Part shown: one piece after another, positions 11,901-22,603 of the stretch | Position numbering within the stretch: position 1 is the first letter of the stretch | Layout of the letters: the number at the start of each line of letters is the position of its first letter | DNA from: Microthyrium microscopicum | Taxonomy: Eukaryota | DNA: 64,000 nt | Direction: 5' to 3' | Assembly (NCBI GenBank): GCA_010405405.1 | Contig: MU004235.1 | Location: 2,224,506-2,288,505 of the forward strand | Translations under genes and position numbers: made by a program | The notes under the pieces: generated by a model | What the model was told of the DNA's origin: nothing | The model's database searches: none | The model's input: only the letters and a program-made list of their open reading frames with translations

Positions 11901-13593
11901 GAAAACACGACTGTTGACAACTTCTTTCGACTTGAAGAGTTGGGTGTATTGACAGATGCTAGGGCATTGGGAGTTGATACTGCCTTACTTTGCTGCTCCG
12001 TAGAAATTGAAAGAACCTTTCGAGGAGTCTCGCCCAAGATTTCGGAGACGGATTTTTGTCGAATTGCACCAGACGCAACACGGGTCCTCATTCGAGTGGG
12101 AGTCTCCGCAGTTGTGGGTGCTTGCGCGAGTGGTAGAGCTGGTCGTGCACTGCTAGCCGGCGCATCCATCATCTCCACGTCGCCATCTTTTCCTGTCGTC
12201 GACTCTACCACTATAGGAGACGTAGACTCCACCTCTTTTTGTGATGCCGGATTGTCAGATCCATCGCGAGGAGCCAGTATGGGATCGGTTAAGATAGATG
12301 TTGAGGATAGAAGTGTTTCTGGTGACTTAAGATGCGCTTGCGAAGTGGACGAACTCGCTCCTGCTTGCTGGTTTGCATTCAGCGACCCTTTCGCTTGAGC
12401 TTCTTCCAGCAACAGTTGAGCTTCGGGTGATGCATCCACTGGCGTGTGCTCCTCTGGTCCTTGACCCTGGTCCTTGCTTGAAGATTTTTCGTTCGACCGC
12501 TCGGGAGATGTATGAACTATCGGGAGTACCTGTGGTGCCAACTCGACTTCGGGACTAGTGTCAGGCGAATGTGGTATCGGTTTGGGAGTCGAGTTAGAGT
12601 ACGCGCCGGCCGTGGAGGAAGGAGAAGAGGCGGCATCGTTCGCGGGCGCATGAGATCCTGTGACTTCCATTTTATCTTTGCCAATGTCATTTTGAGTATG
12701 ACGGTTGGTATGATGATGATCAACAGCCTCGGTCTCTTTCAAGCCATCTTTCGATTCAATTTCTATTGCTAGATGCTGATCCTTGGATGAACTGGCTGAT
12801 TGACGGTTTTGACTGTTGGCAGTTGAAGACGAATTCTTTAAATCGCGCGCATCGCTGCCATTAGAATTTGGTGATGCTGCGCCAGCTTTCGTTTCATGAT
12901 GTGATAATTCTTCGACCGATGGATGTGGAGATCGGGGAGGGGTATGGGGCGGTGGAATGCGACCTTTAAGACCGGGAAGAGTCGTTGTTGATGCAGAAGC
13001 AGGAGTTAGTTGCGCGGGATCAGTAGGGAGGTGTTTAGAGGAGAACTCTGCGCCCGGAGATAGAGGTGATGGGACATGCGAAGGGCTTTGTTGGGGTTGA
13101 GTACTAGTCGTGATCTGAGACGCAGGCTCTGGTGTTGATGCCTTGATGGTAGGGAAGAAGAGAGTTTCTTCGCGATAGTGACGACCTCTATAGGAAATGA
13201 ATTAGCATTTTGTCGAGCTGGGTAAATAAGAGCTGGAAGAATCTGATAATACCGTGAGATGTCGTTTTCATCTAGAAAGTGTCTTTCTTTTGGAGATTGG
13301 GGATGGCTGAGAAAGTTGGTGTTGGGAATAGTGGTAGATCCCACTAAATTAGTGAGGTAGAAGAGAGTTCGCAGGCCACGGTCGCGAGACTTCTCAAGTG
13401 TACTGCAGAGATATTGAGTTAGCACAACCACGCAAGGCGATAAAAATAAGAGAATTTCAGATTTGATTTCGCATGGCCTCAAGCAATAGGAAAATACCAA
13501 AACTGGAATTAAAAGAGGTGGTTTGGGGAATATTCACCTGATTTCAGCTTTTTTCGTGTCCAAGAGTGCATCTTTCAAGCTTTGTAGGGACAT
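8988..13593 (-). CDS. EAF1: NuA4 histone acetyltransferase scaffold subunit Eaf1/Vid21
   Basis: HSA domain (NANKWSLRQ...DFLMDEMKWMRTDFREERRWK), SANT/Myb domain (WTWQEDQQL...YTYNWSLIA...RRTPWECFERW) and a Q-rich C-terminus. ATG at 13593; first intron 13537-13403 keeps the frame. Confidence 0.92.
9955..10040 (-). repeat. Coding (Gln-Ala)n hexanucleotide repeat in EAF1
   Basis: QAQVQAQAQAQAQMQAQAQAQAQAQAQ in the translation. Confidence 0.85.
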
Positions 13594-14055
13594 AGAAGAA
13601 AGAGAGAAGCGGTAAAAAAGAAGTCATCGAACTGCAGATAATTAACGCTGCAGTTTTTTAATCGTATTGATGGCAAGCATTGAGAGATGGGAGGTATTTA
13701 ATGGGATGGAACGGAGGTTGATGGTGTTGACCTTTGGCTTTGCGAGTTGCGAGACAAAAGACGTGGAGTAGGGAGTAGTGAGTTGAGGGTTTGAGGGGGA
13801 ATCTGTGACTGCTGCAACTGTGGTCTGCGAGCACTGTGCAGTGTGCAAGCAGCAAAAACCTGTGAGCCTAAAGACACCGGCAACGCAAAGGCAAGAGCGA
13901 CCGCGACTACCCAGGATCATGGAGGGCAATAACAAGCCCTGATTGGTGCAATTGCTAAGTGGCTGAATGAAATCCATGAATGGCGCATCGCGCTTTCCAG
14001 GATGGGGGCCTGGCTAGGGCCCACCTTGCATTTCCACTTGCATTTTGGGGCAGCA

Positions 14056-14063
14056 GCGATGAG
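14056..14063 (+). promoter_or_regulatory. PAC-like motif (GCGATGAG) upstream of the ribosome-biogenesis gene MAK11
   Basis: Exact GCGATGAG about 300 bp upstream of the MAK11 ATG in the divergent EAF1/MAK11 promoter. PAC is the yeast Ribi motif; function here is inferred. Confidence 0.4.
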
Positions 14064-14353
14064 AAAGGAGGAAGTCGCGCTCCAAGCCGACATGGTTTGC
14101 AGCCTTAGTGCCTGTTCTAAGCTAAGGCTGCTCTTCCGATAAGATTATCTTTACTTATCTGCCAGCTCTACCCTTTGATTGGACATGTCGGAGAAGCCCT
14201 CTAGCCGCCTGAAAGCTATCGATTGGCATGGACAAGCGCATTCCTTGAAATAGGCGCGCAAAGCTAGTTGTTCTCCAAACTTTTTTTTCTGACCTCCCAC
14301 TTCAGCCTCGAATATCACCCATACTCGAAATTTAACGTCAAATCCAACACAAC

Positions 14354-15883
14354 ATGGCCAAAAGAAAGAGATCAGAGGCCGAACCCTCCAAGAATGGCAC
14401 CAATGGAAAACAAGCTCGACTTGACACCAACTCCTCTCCCAGAAACGCCCATCACATCCAAATCGTCACTGGTTCATACGAGCGAATGCTTCATGGCATA
14501 ACCGTAACCATTCCCCACGACTCACTAACTCCCCATCTTACCAAAATACCCACCATCTCATTTACGGACTCCTTTCTCTTCAACGCCCACTCCTCCGCCA
14601 TAAAATGTCTCGCCATCTCCCCGCGGCCCAGCCCCACTGCTCCAAAACAACAAGTCCTCCTAGCCACCGGCAGCACTGACGAGAAAATCAACCTCTTCCA
14701 TCTGTCAACACGCCCCCCGTCTGGACCTGTTTTACCAGCTCTTGGCTCCAAGACACAGACAAATAGACATAATCGTAGTTTGGGAACACTACATACTCAT
14801 GATTCAAGCATTACCGCATTGCACTTTGCGTCTGCGGGCAAGTTGTTGAGTGCATGCGGACAGAATGTCATCGCGGTGACGAATACACGGACATTTAACA
14901 CGCTTGCTATGCTTAAGGCGCCGATACCCAAACATATGAACCGACCGACGGGCGATACGAGTACGGCGTCAACATTACCGGCTGGCGTGAATGACTTTGC
15001 GGTACATCCATGCAAAAAGCTGATGATTAGTGTTGGTCGCGCGGAACGATGTATGCGCCTGTGGAATCTCATCACGGGACGCAAGGCGGGCGTATTGGCG
15101 TTCGAGAAGGATATGTTGAAGCAATTGGGCGAGAGCACTGGACGATGGGGCAGTGGTGAGGGCAGTAGGGTGCTGTGGAGTCCTGCAGGGGATGAGTTTG
15201 TGGTGGCTTTCGAGAGGAGTGTGTGTGTCTTTGGAATGGATTGTCGGCCGGTGGCAAAGGTTGTGCCAGAGCCAAAGACCAAGATATGTCAGGTCCGGTT
15301 TGTGGATGGTGTGTATGAGTCGGTTCTGGCAGTGTCGACGGAGGATGGGAGGGTGTTGTTCTATGGGGTCCAAAAATACGTGGAGGAAGAGGGGCATGAT
15401 GAGGGGGATGACCAGAAGAAGGGCGAGCAGTTGCCGTCTTGCGTGCTATATGGCCAACTGGGTGGTCGTGAGGCAGGTGTGGTTGGCCGGATCAAGGACT
15501 TTCAGATCGTTAGATTGGATTCGACCTCCGAAAAAGAATTGCTGCGGCCGTCATTACTAGTTGTCACCGGTAGCAGTGATGGTGTCATCCGCGTCTGGAC
15601 TCTTGGGCTTGATGAAATTGGACATGACACTGATGGTCTTACTTCGACATTCGAAAAGAAAAAGCCCGAGAAGTCCTCGACAAAACCATCAGGCGTGGTA
15701 CAGATTGGCCATTTGCTGGACAGCTATGAGACCAATAGCAGAATCACCTGTCTGGAAAGCTTTGAACTTCTCGGCTCACCTGAAGATGAATCCGTCAATG
15801 GCAAGGGCGGTGAAGAGGACGACGAAGAAGACGACGAAGAAGACGATGATAGTCAAGAAGAAGAGTCAGATGAAGAAGAATAA
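14354..15883 (+). CDS. MAK11: WD40 60S ribosome biogenesis protein Mak11 (PAK1IP1 family)
   Basis: Intronless 509 aa. IQIVTGSYER...HG, AHSSAIKCLA, LATGSTDEKI, MRLWNLITGRKAG, RIKDF and SRITCL motifs; acidic tail. Confidence 0.92.
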   Translation: MAKRKRSEAEPSKNGTNGKQARLDTNSSPRNAHHIQIVTGSYERMLHGITVTIPHDSLTPHLTKIPTISFTDSFLFNAHSSAIKCLAISPRPSPTAPKQQVLLATGSTDEKINLFHLSTRPPSGPVLPALGSKTQTNRHNRSLGTLHTHDSSITALHFASAGKLLSACGQNVIAVTNTRTFNTLAMLKAPIPKHMNRPTGDTSTASTLPAGVNDFAVHPCKKLMISVGRAERCMRLWNLITGRKAGVLAFEKDMLKQLGESTGRWGSGEGSRVLWSPAGDEFVVAFERSVCVFGMDCRPVAKVVPEPKTKICQVRFVDGVYESVLAVSTEDGRVLFYGVQKYVEEEGHDEGDDQKKGEQLPSCVLYGQLGGREAGVVGRIKDFQIVRLDSTSEKELLRPSLLVVTGSSDGVIRVWTLGLDEIGHDTDGLTSTFEKKKPEKSSTKPSGVVQIGHLLDSYETNSRITCLESFELLGSPEDESVNGKGGEEDDEEDDEEDDDSQEEESDEEE

Positions 15884-16147
15884 ATTAACAGTGCCTATGT
15901 GCTGTATTTATTATGAAAGAGTTGATACAATAACTGACACATCCTATCAACCTCTATCCGACTTAGTCCTTACCAAACAATATATGACATCAATGCCGTG
16001 ATGTGTGGAAACTGGATAGCATCTTTACTTCAGTTCACCATTACAGATATGAGCCAGATTTCAATTATTGTGTTCATAAGTGAATTATGAGCCTCTACCC
16101 ATATTGGAACGGCTAGAAGTCTAACTATACACATCTAAACTAGTTCT

Positions 16148-19100
16148 CTATTCTTTAAGATCTCTCTCAATCTCACCACTCAGTCGCTCCCTCGCTTCTT
16201 CCAGTTCTTCCTCCTCCTCCCAATCTTCCACAACCGCTTCCTTTTTCTTCTTCTTTCCCGCCGAGCTCCCTAGCACCACATAACTGCTCTTGCTTCCCAA
16301 TGGCTCAACAACGGGCGCAGTTCGCGGTGCCGCCCCTGCTCTAGCCACTTGGCTCCATCCTCCACTTGCCGAATCCGTCTCGCGCCGTTCTACATTCAAT
16401 GAAGCATCGACAGTCGCTAGTTGTACACTTGCCATCTGCTGCGCACCCAATGCAGCTGCAACCGGATTCTTGAGAGCGGTAAGTTGAGCTTCGAGCTGGA
16501 GATCTGCAATGGCACTCGGGAATTGCAGCACGACTTCATCAGACGGTAAGAATTCTATGCTCATACTAGCAGTCGTTGGGTCAGCAGCGGCGAGTGTTTT
16601 CCGCAACTCATCGATCGTCAAGCCAAATCGAATCTTGGTGAGTAAGAGCGCATTGAAGGGTGCGCCCACCAGATTACTAGCCCTCAACTTCGTCTTCGCC
16701 ACTGGCGCAGTGCTCTGCAGTTGACGTATTCGTACACAGTCTGCCAGCGTCTTCATCGGCGCCATGACGAACCGCGGCGTTTTGAACAGTGCGACATGTC
16801 GATGTGGCTCTGGATCCATACTCTCGCTATCAACACCAAAGTCTTGCGCAAGTGCGTGGATAAAGGCGCGCTGGTTGCGCTTCATGGGTTTGAAGCGAAG
16901 ACGTTTCTGGTCCGGATCGACTGCGAAGGCGCGCATAGCCTTTTCTTGTGTGGCTGCCCATACAGGTGCATCAAGGTACAGCTGAATGGTATCGGTGGAG
17001 TATGGGATGTGATCATCGGTGTGAGTAGCGGCGTCAATGTTGAAAGCAAGTTGGAGTTTGCGATTTCGTTCCAGTCGGAGACATTCTTCATCGCATGTCA
17101 ACGTCTTTTCGTTGTTGCCGGGAGATGCGCGAGTGGCAGAGCAGCGAGTTTCTGTCTTGAGACGTTGGCAGGGACAGGTGATGAAGATTTTGTGAGCGCA
17201 CGGCGTGTCTTCTTTACATGGAAATGGGGAATGACATGAAAGAGAGCATGGATGATGGCAGGACTTTGCTTTCCCACAGGCTTGGGTGCATGGTTTGGTA
17301 GAGTCTTCGCATTCGCCGGCCGTGTGACATTGTTTCTGACAGCGGTGATAACCACATTTCAGCTTCTTGTTGCAGACTTCACCGCAGCGAGGGGAGGTGA
17401 TCCAGCATTGCTGGTTCTTAAGCTGATTTTTGCCGCATAGACAAGTCTTCGTGGTCAGAAAGACGCATTTTGGACAGGTTTCGCTGTCGGTATGGCAGTT
17501 GTGTGATACTTGTGGATGGCCACATTCTTTAGATCTTTCGCATTGATAGAAGCAGGGAGGAGCTTGTGTTCCACATGGTAGGGGAGGGTTAAGGACTGTT
17601 CTGCCGCAATGGCAACTGACTTCTTCGAAGACAGCTTCTAGGCATGACTTGCAAGGACCACGATGACAGAGTTCCTGGCAAGTGTGACTTCCGCATTTAA
17701 GCTGTCTTCCACAGACTCGAGTGCAAATGTGCTCGGCTTCAAAGTCGTGCTCTGATCCTAAAGCTGATGTTGAAAGTAGAGATCTTCCAAGTTTTTTCTT
17801 CGTTGCAATTCTTTCATTGGCTTTACGTTCACCAGGACAGCAGTGCTCTCCGCATTCGTGTCGGCCACAATTGAGTGTAGATCGACATATTCGAGTGCAC
17901 ATTGGAGGTTCCAATGTACCTTGGTGACACATGGTATCAACAGTCATCCTACCACAACGACATGATACTTCCGCAAGGGAAAGACAGGGGAAGCATTCGC
18001 CTGTGTGACAAACTCGTTGACAGCTGTGGCCACACTGCATCTTTTTGTGGCAGGGTTTCGCACAAAGAGGGATGTCATCCTCGCAGGAAGTTCGAGCATT
18101 ATCCGTTATCTCAGCAAGAGCTGTCTTACCACAAGGGCAAGTGGTTACAACATCTGGAGATCGAGGACAGTGTGGAACTGGCTCATCCTGAGCATGACAA
18201 GTCTTTTGGCATTTATGTCGCCCACAATCGAAGTCACGATTACACGGCTTCTCACAATTGAACAAGCCAATCCATGATTCAGCCTTGCTGGAACCATCGT
18301 CCAGTATAATGGTCTTTCGACTGTCCACGTCAGCGGCTCGTTCGAAGCATGATATTATCGAATGGTCTTGTCCGCAGTAACACGTGGCTTCAATTGGTAC
18401 TTCGCAAGCTCCGCATAATCCTTCATGGCAAGGCTTCCCGCAGTAATGCTCGCCACAAGGCATAACCTCGTTGCAAACTTGACCACAGCTCCAGCCATTT
18501 TTGTAGTCAGTCTCCATACACTTTCTTGTCTTGTCCTCCCGACCACAGAAGCAAGGTTGAGATGGCCCCATTTGTGCACAAGGCTCACAAGGTCCAGCAT
18601 GACATATTGACGCGCAAGGATGAGGACAAGCACGTTCTCTATGACAGGTTTGACCACAAGAAAATGGCGGTAGTCCAGGTAAGGAAGCCGGATCAGTATC
18701 TTTTTCACACCAACATCGAAATGAAGTGGGAAGAACATCCTGTGGTAAATTGCATCCAGGACATCGCCATGTCTTTGGAGTTTCATCATCTTCGGCTCTA
18801 TTTTGATTTTGTGATGCTTGCTGAATGCTTCTTGATGACCATTTTTTGATGCAGTTCAGATGAAAGACTGTCCAGCATGTATGACACGACCATATCTTGT
18901 CTCTGCGGGTTACTTCGCTTGTGCAGACGTTACACTCATATAAGCGACGGTCGATATCCTCATGGATTCTGGTTGATAAATCGGGAGCAGAAGATATTGA
19001 TGTCCGCCGTTGTTTGCCACGACCCCTAGATCCTCCTCTAGATCCACCTCGAGCTCTTGGGTTTGGGGTAAAAGAAGCTCCTGGAGTAAATGATGGTGCA

Positions 19101-19636
19101 TGTGCATCGAGTTGTGCATTCTGTATCGATGAGTCCTCTGGTATAGGTGATGATGCTCCACCAGGTTGCGTCAATTGTCCTCCAAAGGCTCTTGCGCCAA
19201 CCGTTCGAGGGACATTGGCTCGCTGATTGCCGCGACCTCCTCGACCGCCTCTTCCACGCCCTCCTCGTCCAGCATTTGCATTGACAGGAATGTTTTGCAA
19301 GTCTACTGCACCATCTGTTTGAGCAGGTGCTGGAACAGATGTTTGTGGTGTTTGTGGTTGTCTTGTTGATGGCTGGGCATTGTTGCCGGTTCTACTTCTT
19401 CCTCCGCGAACTCTATGACCTCCTCTTCGTGCTCCACGATTTGGGGATGCATTAGAGTTTGCTGGCCGATCAGGTGGTTCATTTTCATTGCCACCGCTAC
19501 TTGATGGCTCTGGCCCGGCTCTTGAATTACGACCTCGTGGTCGACGAGGTGTAGAACTTCCTCTAGATCCTCGTGAGGATGGGTTGGATACATTTGGTGC
19601 AGAAGGCACCCCTTGACCAGATTCCATGGACGCCAT
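16148..19636 (-). CDS. FAP1: NF-X1 zinc-finger / R3H protein (NFX1/Fap1/Shuttle craft family)
   Basis: RING/PHD (YECNVC...WSCHTCWTVFHLNCIKKW...WRCPGC), many NF-X1 Cys/His repeats, and R3H (MKRNQRAFIHALAQDFG...SMDPEPHR). Likely start MASMES at 19636. Confidence 0.9.
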   Translation of the reverse strand: MASMESGQGVPSAPNVSNPSSRGSRGSSTPRRPRGRNSRAGPEPSSSGGNENEPPDRPANSNASPNRGARRGGHRVRGGRSRTGNNAQPSTRQPQTPQTSVPAPAQTDGAVDLQNIPVNANAGRGGRGRGGRGGRGNQRANVPRTVGARAFGGQLTQPGGASSPIPEDSSIQNAQLDAHAPSFTPGASFTPNPRARGGSRGGSRGRGKQRRTSISSAPDLSTRIHEDIDRRLYECNVCTSEVTRRDKIWSCHTCWTVFHLNCIKKWSSRSIQQASQNQNRAEDDETPKTWRCPGCNLPQDVLPTSFRCWCEKDTDPASLPGLPPFSCGQTCHRERACPHPCASICHAGPCEPCAQMGPSQPCFCGREDKTRKCMETDYKNGWSCGQVCNEVMPCGEHYCGKPCHEGLCGACEVPIEATCYCGQDHSIISCFERAADVDSRKTIILDDGSSKAESWIGLFNCEKPCNRDFDCGRHKCQKTCHAQDEPVPHCPRSPDVVTTCPCGKTALAEITDNARTSCEDDIPLCAKPCHKKMQCGHSCQRVCHTGECFPCLSLAEVSCRCGRMTVDTMCHQGTLEPPMCTRICRSTLNCGRHECGEHCCPGERKANERIATKKKLGRSLLSTSALGSEHDFEAEHICTRVCGRQLKCGSHTCQELCHRGPCKSCLEAVFEEVSCHCGRTVLNPPLPCGTQAPPCFYQCERSKECGHPQVSHNCHTDSETCPKCVFLTTKTCLCGKNQLKNQQCWITSPRCGEVCNKKLKCGYHRCQKQCHTAGECEDSTKPCTQACGKAKSCHHPCSLSCHSPFPCKEDTPCAHKIFITCPCQRLKTETRCSATRASPGNNEKTLTCDEECLRLERNRKLQLAFNIDAATHTDDHIPYSTDTIQLYLDAPVWAATQEKAMRAFAVDPDQKRLRFKPMKRNQRAFIHALAQDFGVDSESMDPEPHRHVALFKTPRFVMAPMKTLADCVRIRQLQSTAPVAKTKLRASNLVGAPFNALLLTKIRFGLTIDELRKTLAAADPTTASMSIEFLPSDEVVLQFPSAIADLQLEAQLTALKNPVAAALGAQQMASVQLATVDASLNVERRETDSASGGWSQVARAGAAPRTAPVVEPLGSKSSYVVLGSSAGKKKKKEAVVEDWEEEEELEEARERLSGEIERDLKE

Positions 19637-20522
19637 GCTATGCTGTAAATTTTGAAGATCCGTTTTAACCGTAACGTCTATAATGCTTGTGTGCCTCGGG
19701 AAGGTGGACAACAGAAACGTTTGGGCCACTTGAAATAAGTGAGGTGGCCGTATGCAACGCTATGAACTCAAGCAGGTAATTTGCTTGGAATGAAAGAAAC
19801 TGGAGAAGATGGAAATAAAAGATCGAGAAGTGGCAAGCTTTAGAAGTAGGAGGTTTGATATGGAAAGAAAGGATGAGTGACCAATCAAGCTGGATCGGAT
19901 AGTTACGTCGGACCGTTGGCAAGAGGGCAAGGCTGAGCTGGGATTTGTGACTCAACTTTACACTGTATTTTGACACCAAAATTCGGCTTTTCTAGTTCTA
20001 CAGAAGCGTGTTGAGTCACACTCAATGGAGAATCTGGAGGACTGCCAAACTGCCTAAGTGCCTCAAATTTGGCGGTACTCGAGCAGCGAAGCACTGCCCC
20101 AATGGGATCAGGAATGATAGCTTCAAGTCAATGTCACAGAAACATTTATTGGTGTATCGATTGATCATCTGTAGAAATATTATGATTCTTGTGGTTGGTT
20201 TTGTGAGGCTTGCCACTTTGGAGTGGATCAAAAATGGTTGAGAAAGAAGATCGCTAGTTCCCAGCGACGAGACTCACTAAGTTTAGTGAGATCCTCACTA
20301 GATGTTGGGATTGATTTTGGCTCAGTCCGTGCACCCAACTCTATCTTCGCTTCATGGAAAGTTGAATTCAATCCATGATGCCATGACCATCAAACACAGA
20401 CTTCTCTTTCTTGCCCCGGTTAGAGTCTGATATCCATTCTTTTCTTTCCATAAGCCAGTGTGATCCTTCCAAGCTAGCGGCATTCTTCAGACTGCCCCCG
20501 ATATCCTTCCTCAACACCAAGA

Positions 20523-22475
20523 ATGCGTTATGGCTTGATAAGTCTTAGACTTTCTCCCATTCAGGCGATACATTCACGACCTCTTAGACTTTCACAAGGG
20601 ATCCGTCGGATACATGACACTCGATTTTCACCTCTTGTCCCTCCCGATCCAAAATCTCTCCCGAAACCACGCTCTCCAACCTTTCGTCGCAAAAGACGGG
20701 CCTTCTTTCGCTTCACCGCATACACAACTCTCACATTCGGCACATTATACTACGCCGATAAATACTTCAATGCCTCTTCTGTCACTCGCTCTGTGCGGAC
20801 ATTCTCTACCGCCCTCTTGATCGGCATTGATTACAAGATCAACTTCCGGGCGCATCCGCCCTTCGCTTCATCCATTGAAGATGTACACAACCGAAATGCC
20901 CGGCGGGTGTTCGAGCTGATTAGAGCAAATGGTGGGCTATACTTGAAGATTGGGCAGGCAATTGCCATGCAGAGTGCCGTGCTGCCTCCAGAGTTCCAAA
21001 AAATGTTTGGGCGCATGTTTGACGATGCGCCGCAAAATGACTGGGCCGATGTAGAAAAAGTCTTGCGCGAAGACTTCGGTATGTCTCCAGAAGAAATGTT
21101 TGGAGTAAGCTTTAGCGGTGAGCCGGGTAAGGGAGTTATGGAAAAGAAGGCGCGCGCAAGTGCCAGTGTTGCTCAAGTTCATTGGGCTAGACTAGCGGAT
21201 GGTCGTGAAGTTGCAATCAAGATTCAGAAGCGTGAGATTGCAAAACAGCTCTGGTGGGATTTATCGGCTTTTCAAAACATAGCCAAGTTGTTCAGTTGGT
21301 GGTTTGAGATACCGTTCTACAGCCTCGTTCCTAGTATTTGTGAACGCCTGCAGCTGGAGACGGATTTCGAAAATGAGGCAAACAATTCAGAGCAGATGAA
21401 AGCATTTATACAAGCCGAGCCACGACTACGAGACCGAGTGTATATACCTATCATCTACAAGGACTTGAGTTCAAAACGAGTACTCGTGGCGGAATGGATC
21501 GAAGGCTCGCGACTATGGGACAAAGAAGCCATTACAAATCCCTGGTACGGTCAATATGGAACCGGAAGTCCAGGTGCAGGCGGAGCACCTCTGAAATGGC
21601 CAGCATCGACTACCCTGAAAGCCGATGATGAAGGATTCATGAAACCAGATCGCACTGACTGGCGTCAACCCAAAGGAAAAGGCGGACTCGGACTGTCCTT
21701 CAAATCCATTATGACAACAATGGTAGATCTCTTTTCCGCACAAATGTTCCTCTTCGGCTTAGTCCACTGCGATCCTCACCCCGGAAATATCTTCGTGCGA
21801 CGTCTACCATCCGGTAAAGCAGAGCTTGTACTCATTGATCACGGTCTATACATCTCCATGACACCCGAATTTCGCAGAACCTGGAGTGAGCTCTGGAAAG
21901 CGCTCATCGGTCTCGACAATGCCAAAATCATCGAGATCGTCAAGAGCTGGGGCATCGACAATCCTGATATCTTTGCATCAATGACCCTGATGCGGCCATA
22001 TGACGGCGGTGACGGAAGTACCGCACGGTCGCTTGGTAGAGAACTCAAAGGCGCGACTGCGCAGGAGCGTGCATATGAGATGCATCAACGCTCAATGCAT
22101 GGAATCAAACAAGTCCTTGGAGACGAGACCAAACTACCTCGAGAGCTCATTTTCATTCTCCGGAACTTGCGTATTGTACAAGGCAATAACCAATTCCTCG
22201 GATCTCCAGTCAACCGGATCAAGATCACTGGACTATGGGCTAGCAGATCACTCGTGGAAGATCGAGACCTGGCCCTGAGCCAAAGAGTGACAAATCTAGG
22301 CCGACATTTGGTTTTCAGATTCGTCTTGCTTGTCACTGATATTGCCTGGTGGACGGCAAGATTCCGCCAAATGCTTGGCTTCGGAGGTGGAATGGAAGAT
22401 GAGTTGGAAGCGAGACTTCGTACTGTAGCGAAGGACTTTGGTGTTGAGTTACAACATGGCGTGTTTGATGGATAG
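20523..22475 (+). CDS. MCP2: Mitochondrial ABC1/UbiB (ADCK) atypical kinase, Mcp2/Cqd2-like
   Basis: NGGLYLKIGQ, ASASVAQVH, VAIKIQ, LETDFENEANN, VHCDPHPGN and LIDHGLY motifs; Arg-rich presequence-like N-terminus. The orthologue name is less certain than the family. Confidence 0.82.
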   Translation: MRYGLISLRLSPIQAIHSRPLRLSQGIRRIHDTRFSPLVPPDPKSLPKPRSPTFRRKRRAFFRFTAYTTLTFGTLYYADKYFNASSVTRSVRTFSTALLIGIDYKINFRAHPPFASSIEDVHNRNARRVFELIRANGGLYLKIGQAIAMQSAVLPPEFQKMFGRMFDDAPQNDWADVEKVLREDFGMSPEEMFGVSFSGEPGKGVMEKKARASASVAQVHWARLADGREVAIKIQKREIAKQLWWDLSAFQNIAKLFSWWFEIPFYSLVPSICERLQLETDFENEANNSEQMKAFIQAEPRLRDRVYIPIIYKDLSSKRVLVAEWIEGSRLWDKEAITNPWYGQYGTGSPGAGGAPLKWPASTTLKADDEGFMKPDRTDWRQPKGKGGLGLSFKSIMTTMVDLFSAQMFLFGLVHCDPHPGNIFVRRLPSGKAELVLIDHGLYISMTPEFRRTWSELWKALIGLDNAKIIEIVKSWGIDNPDIFASMTLMRPYDGGDGSTARSLGRELKGATAQERAYEMHQRSMHGIKQVLGDETKLPRELIFILRNLRIVQGNNQFLGSPVNRIKITGLWASRSLVEDRDLALSQRVTNLGRHLVFRFVLLVTDIAWWTARFRQMLGFGGGMEDELEARLRTVAKDFGVELQHGVFDG

Positions 22476-22603
22476 GTTCGCCATCTCGGTTCTCATGTTG
22501 TCGCATATTTCTTTGATATAGACACAACTACAATGATACCCCACTCTGTAGATTCCTTTTTCTCAATACTTTCACAAATACTATCCCCATTTCCATCCAT
22601 CTC

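Noticed and set aside
13403..13537. Possible microexon or stwintron in the 135-nt EAF1 intron 1
   Set aside because: Simple splicing already preserves the frame, and the internal sub-intron would be only about 35 nt.
16290..19593. Numerous antisense and alternate-frame ORFs over NFX1 and other long genes
   Set aside because: Shadow ORFs expected from codon bias of the real CDS.
20273..20299. Short palindrome CTCACTAA-GT-TTAGTGAG in the NFX1/ABC1 divergent promoter
   Set aside because: Only an 8-bp stem with no supporting context; could be chance.
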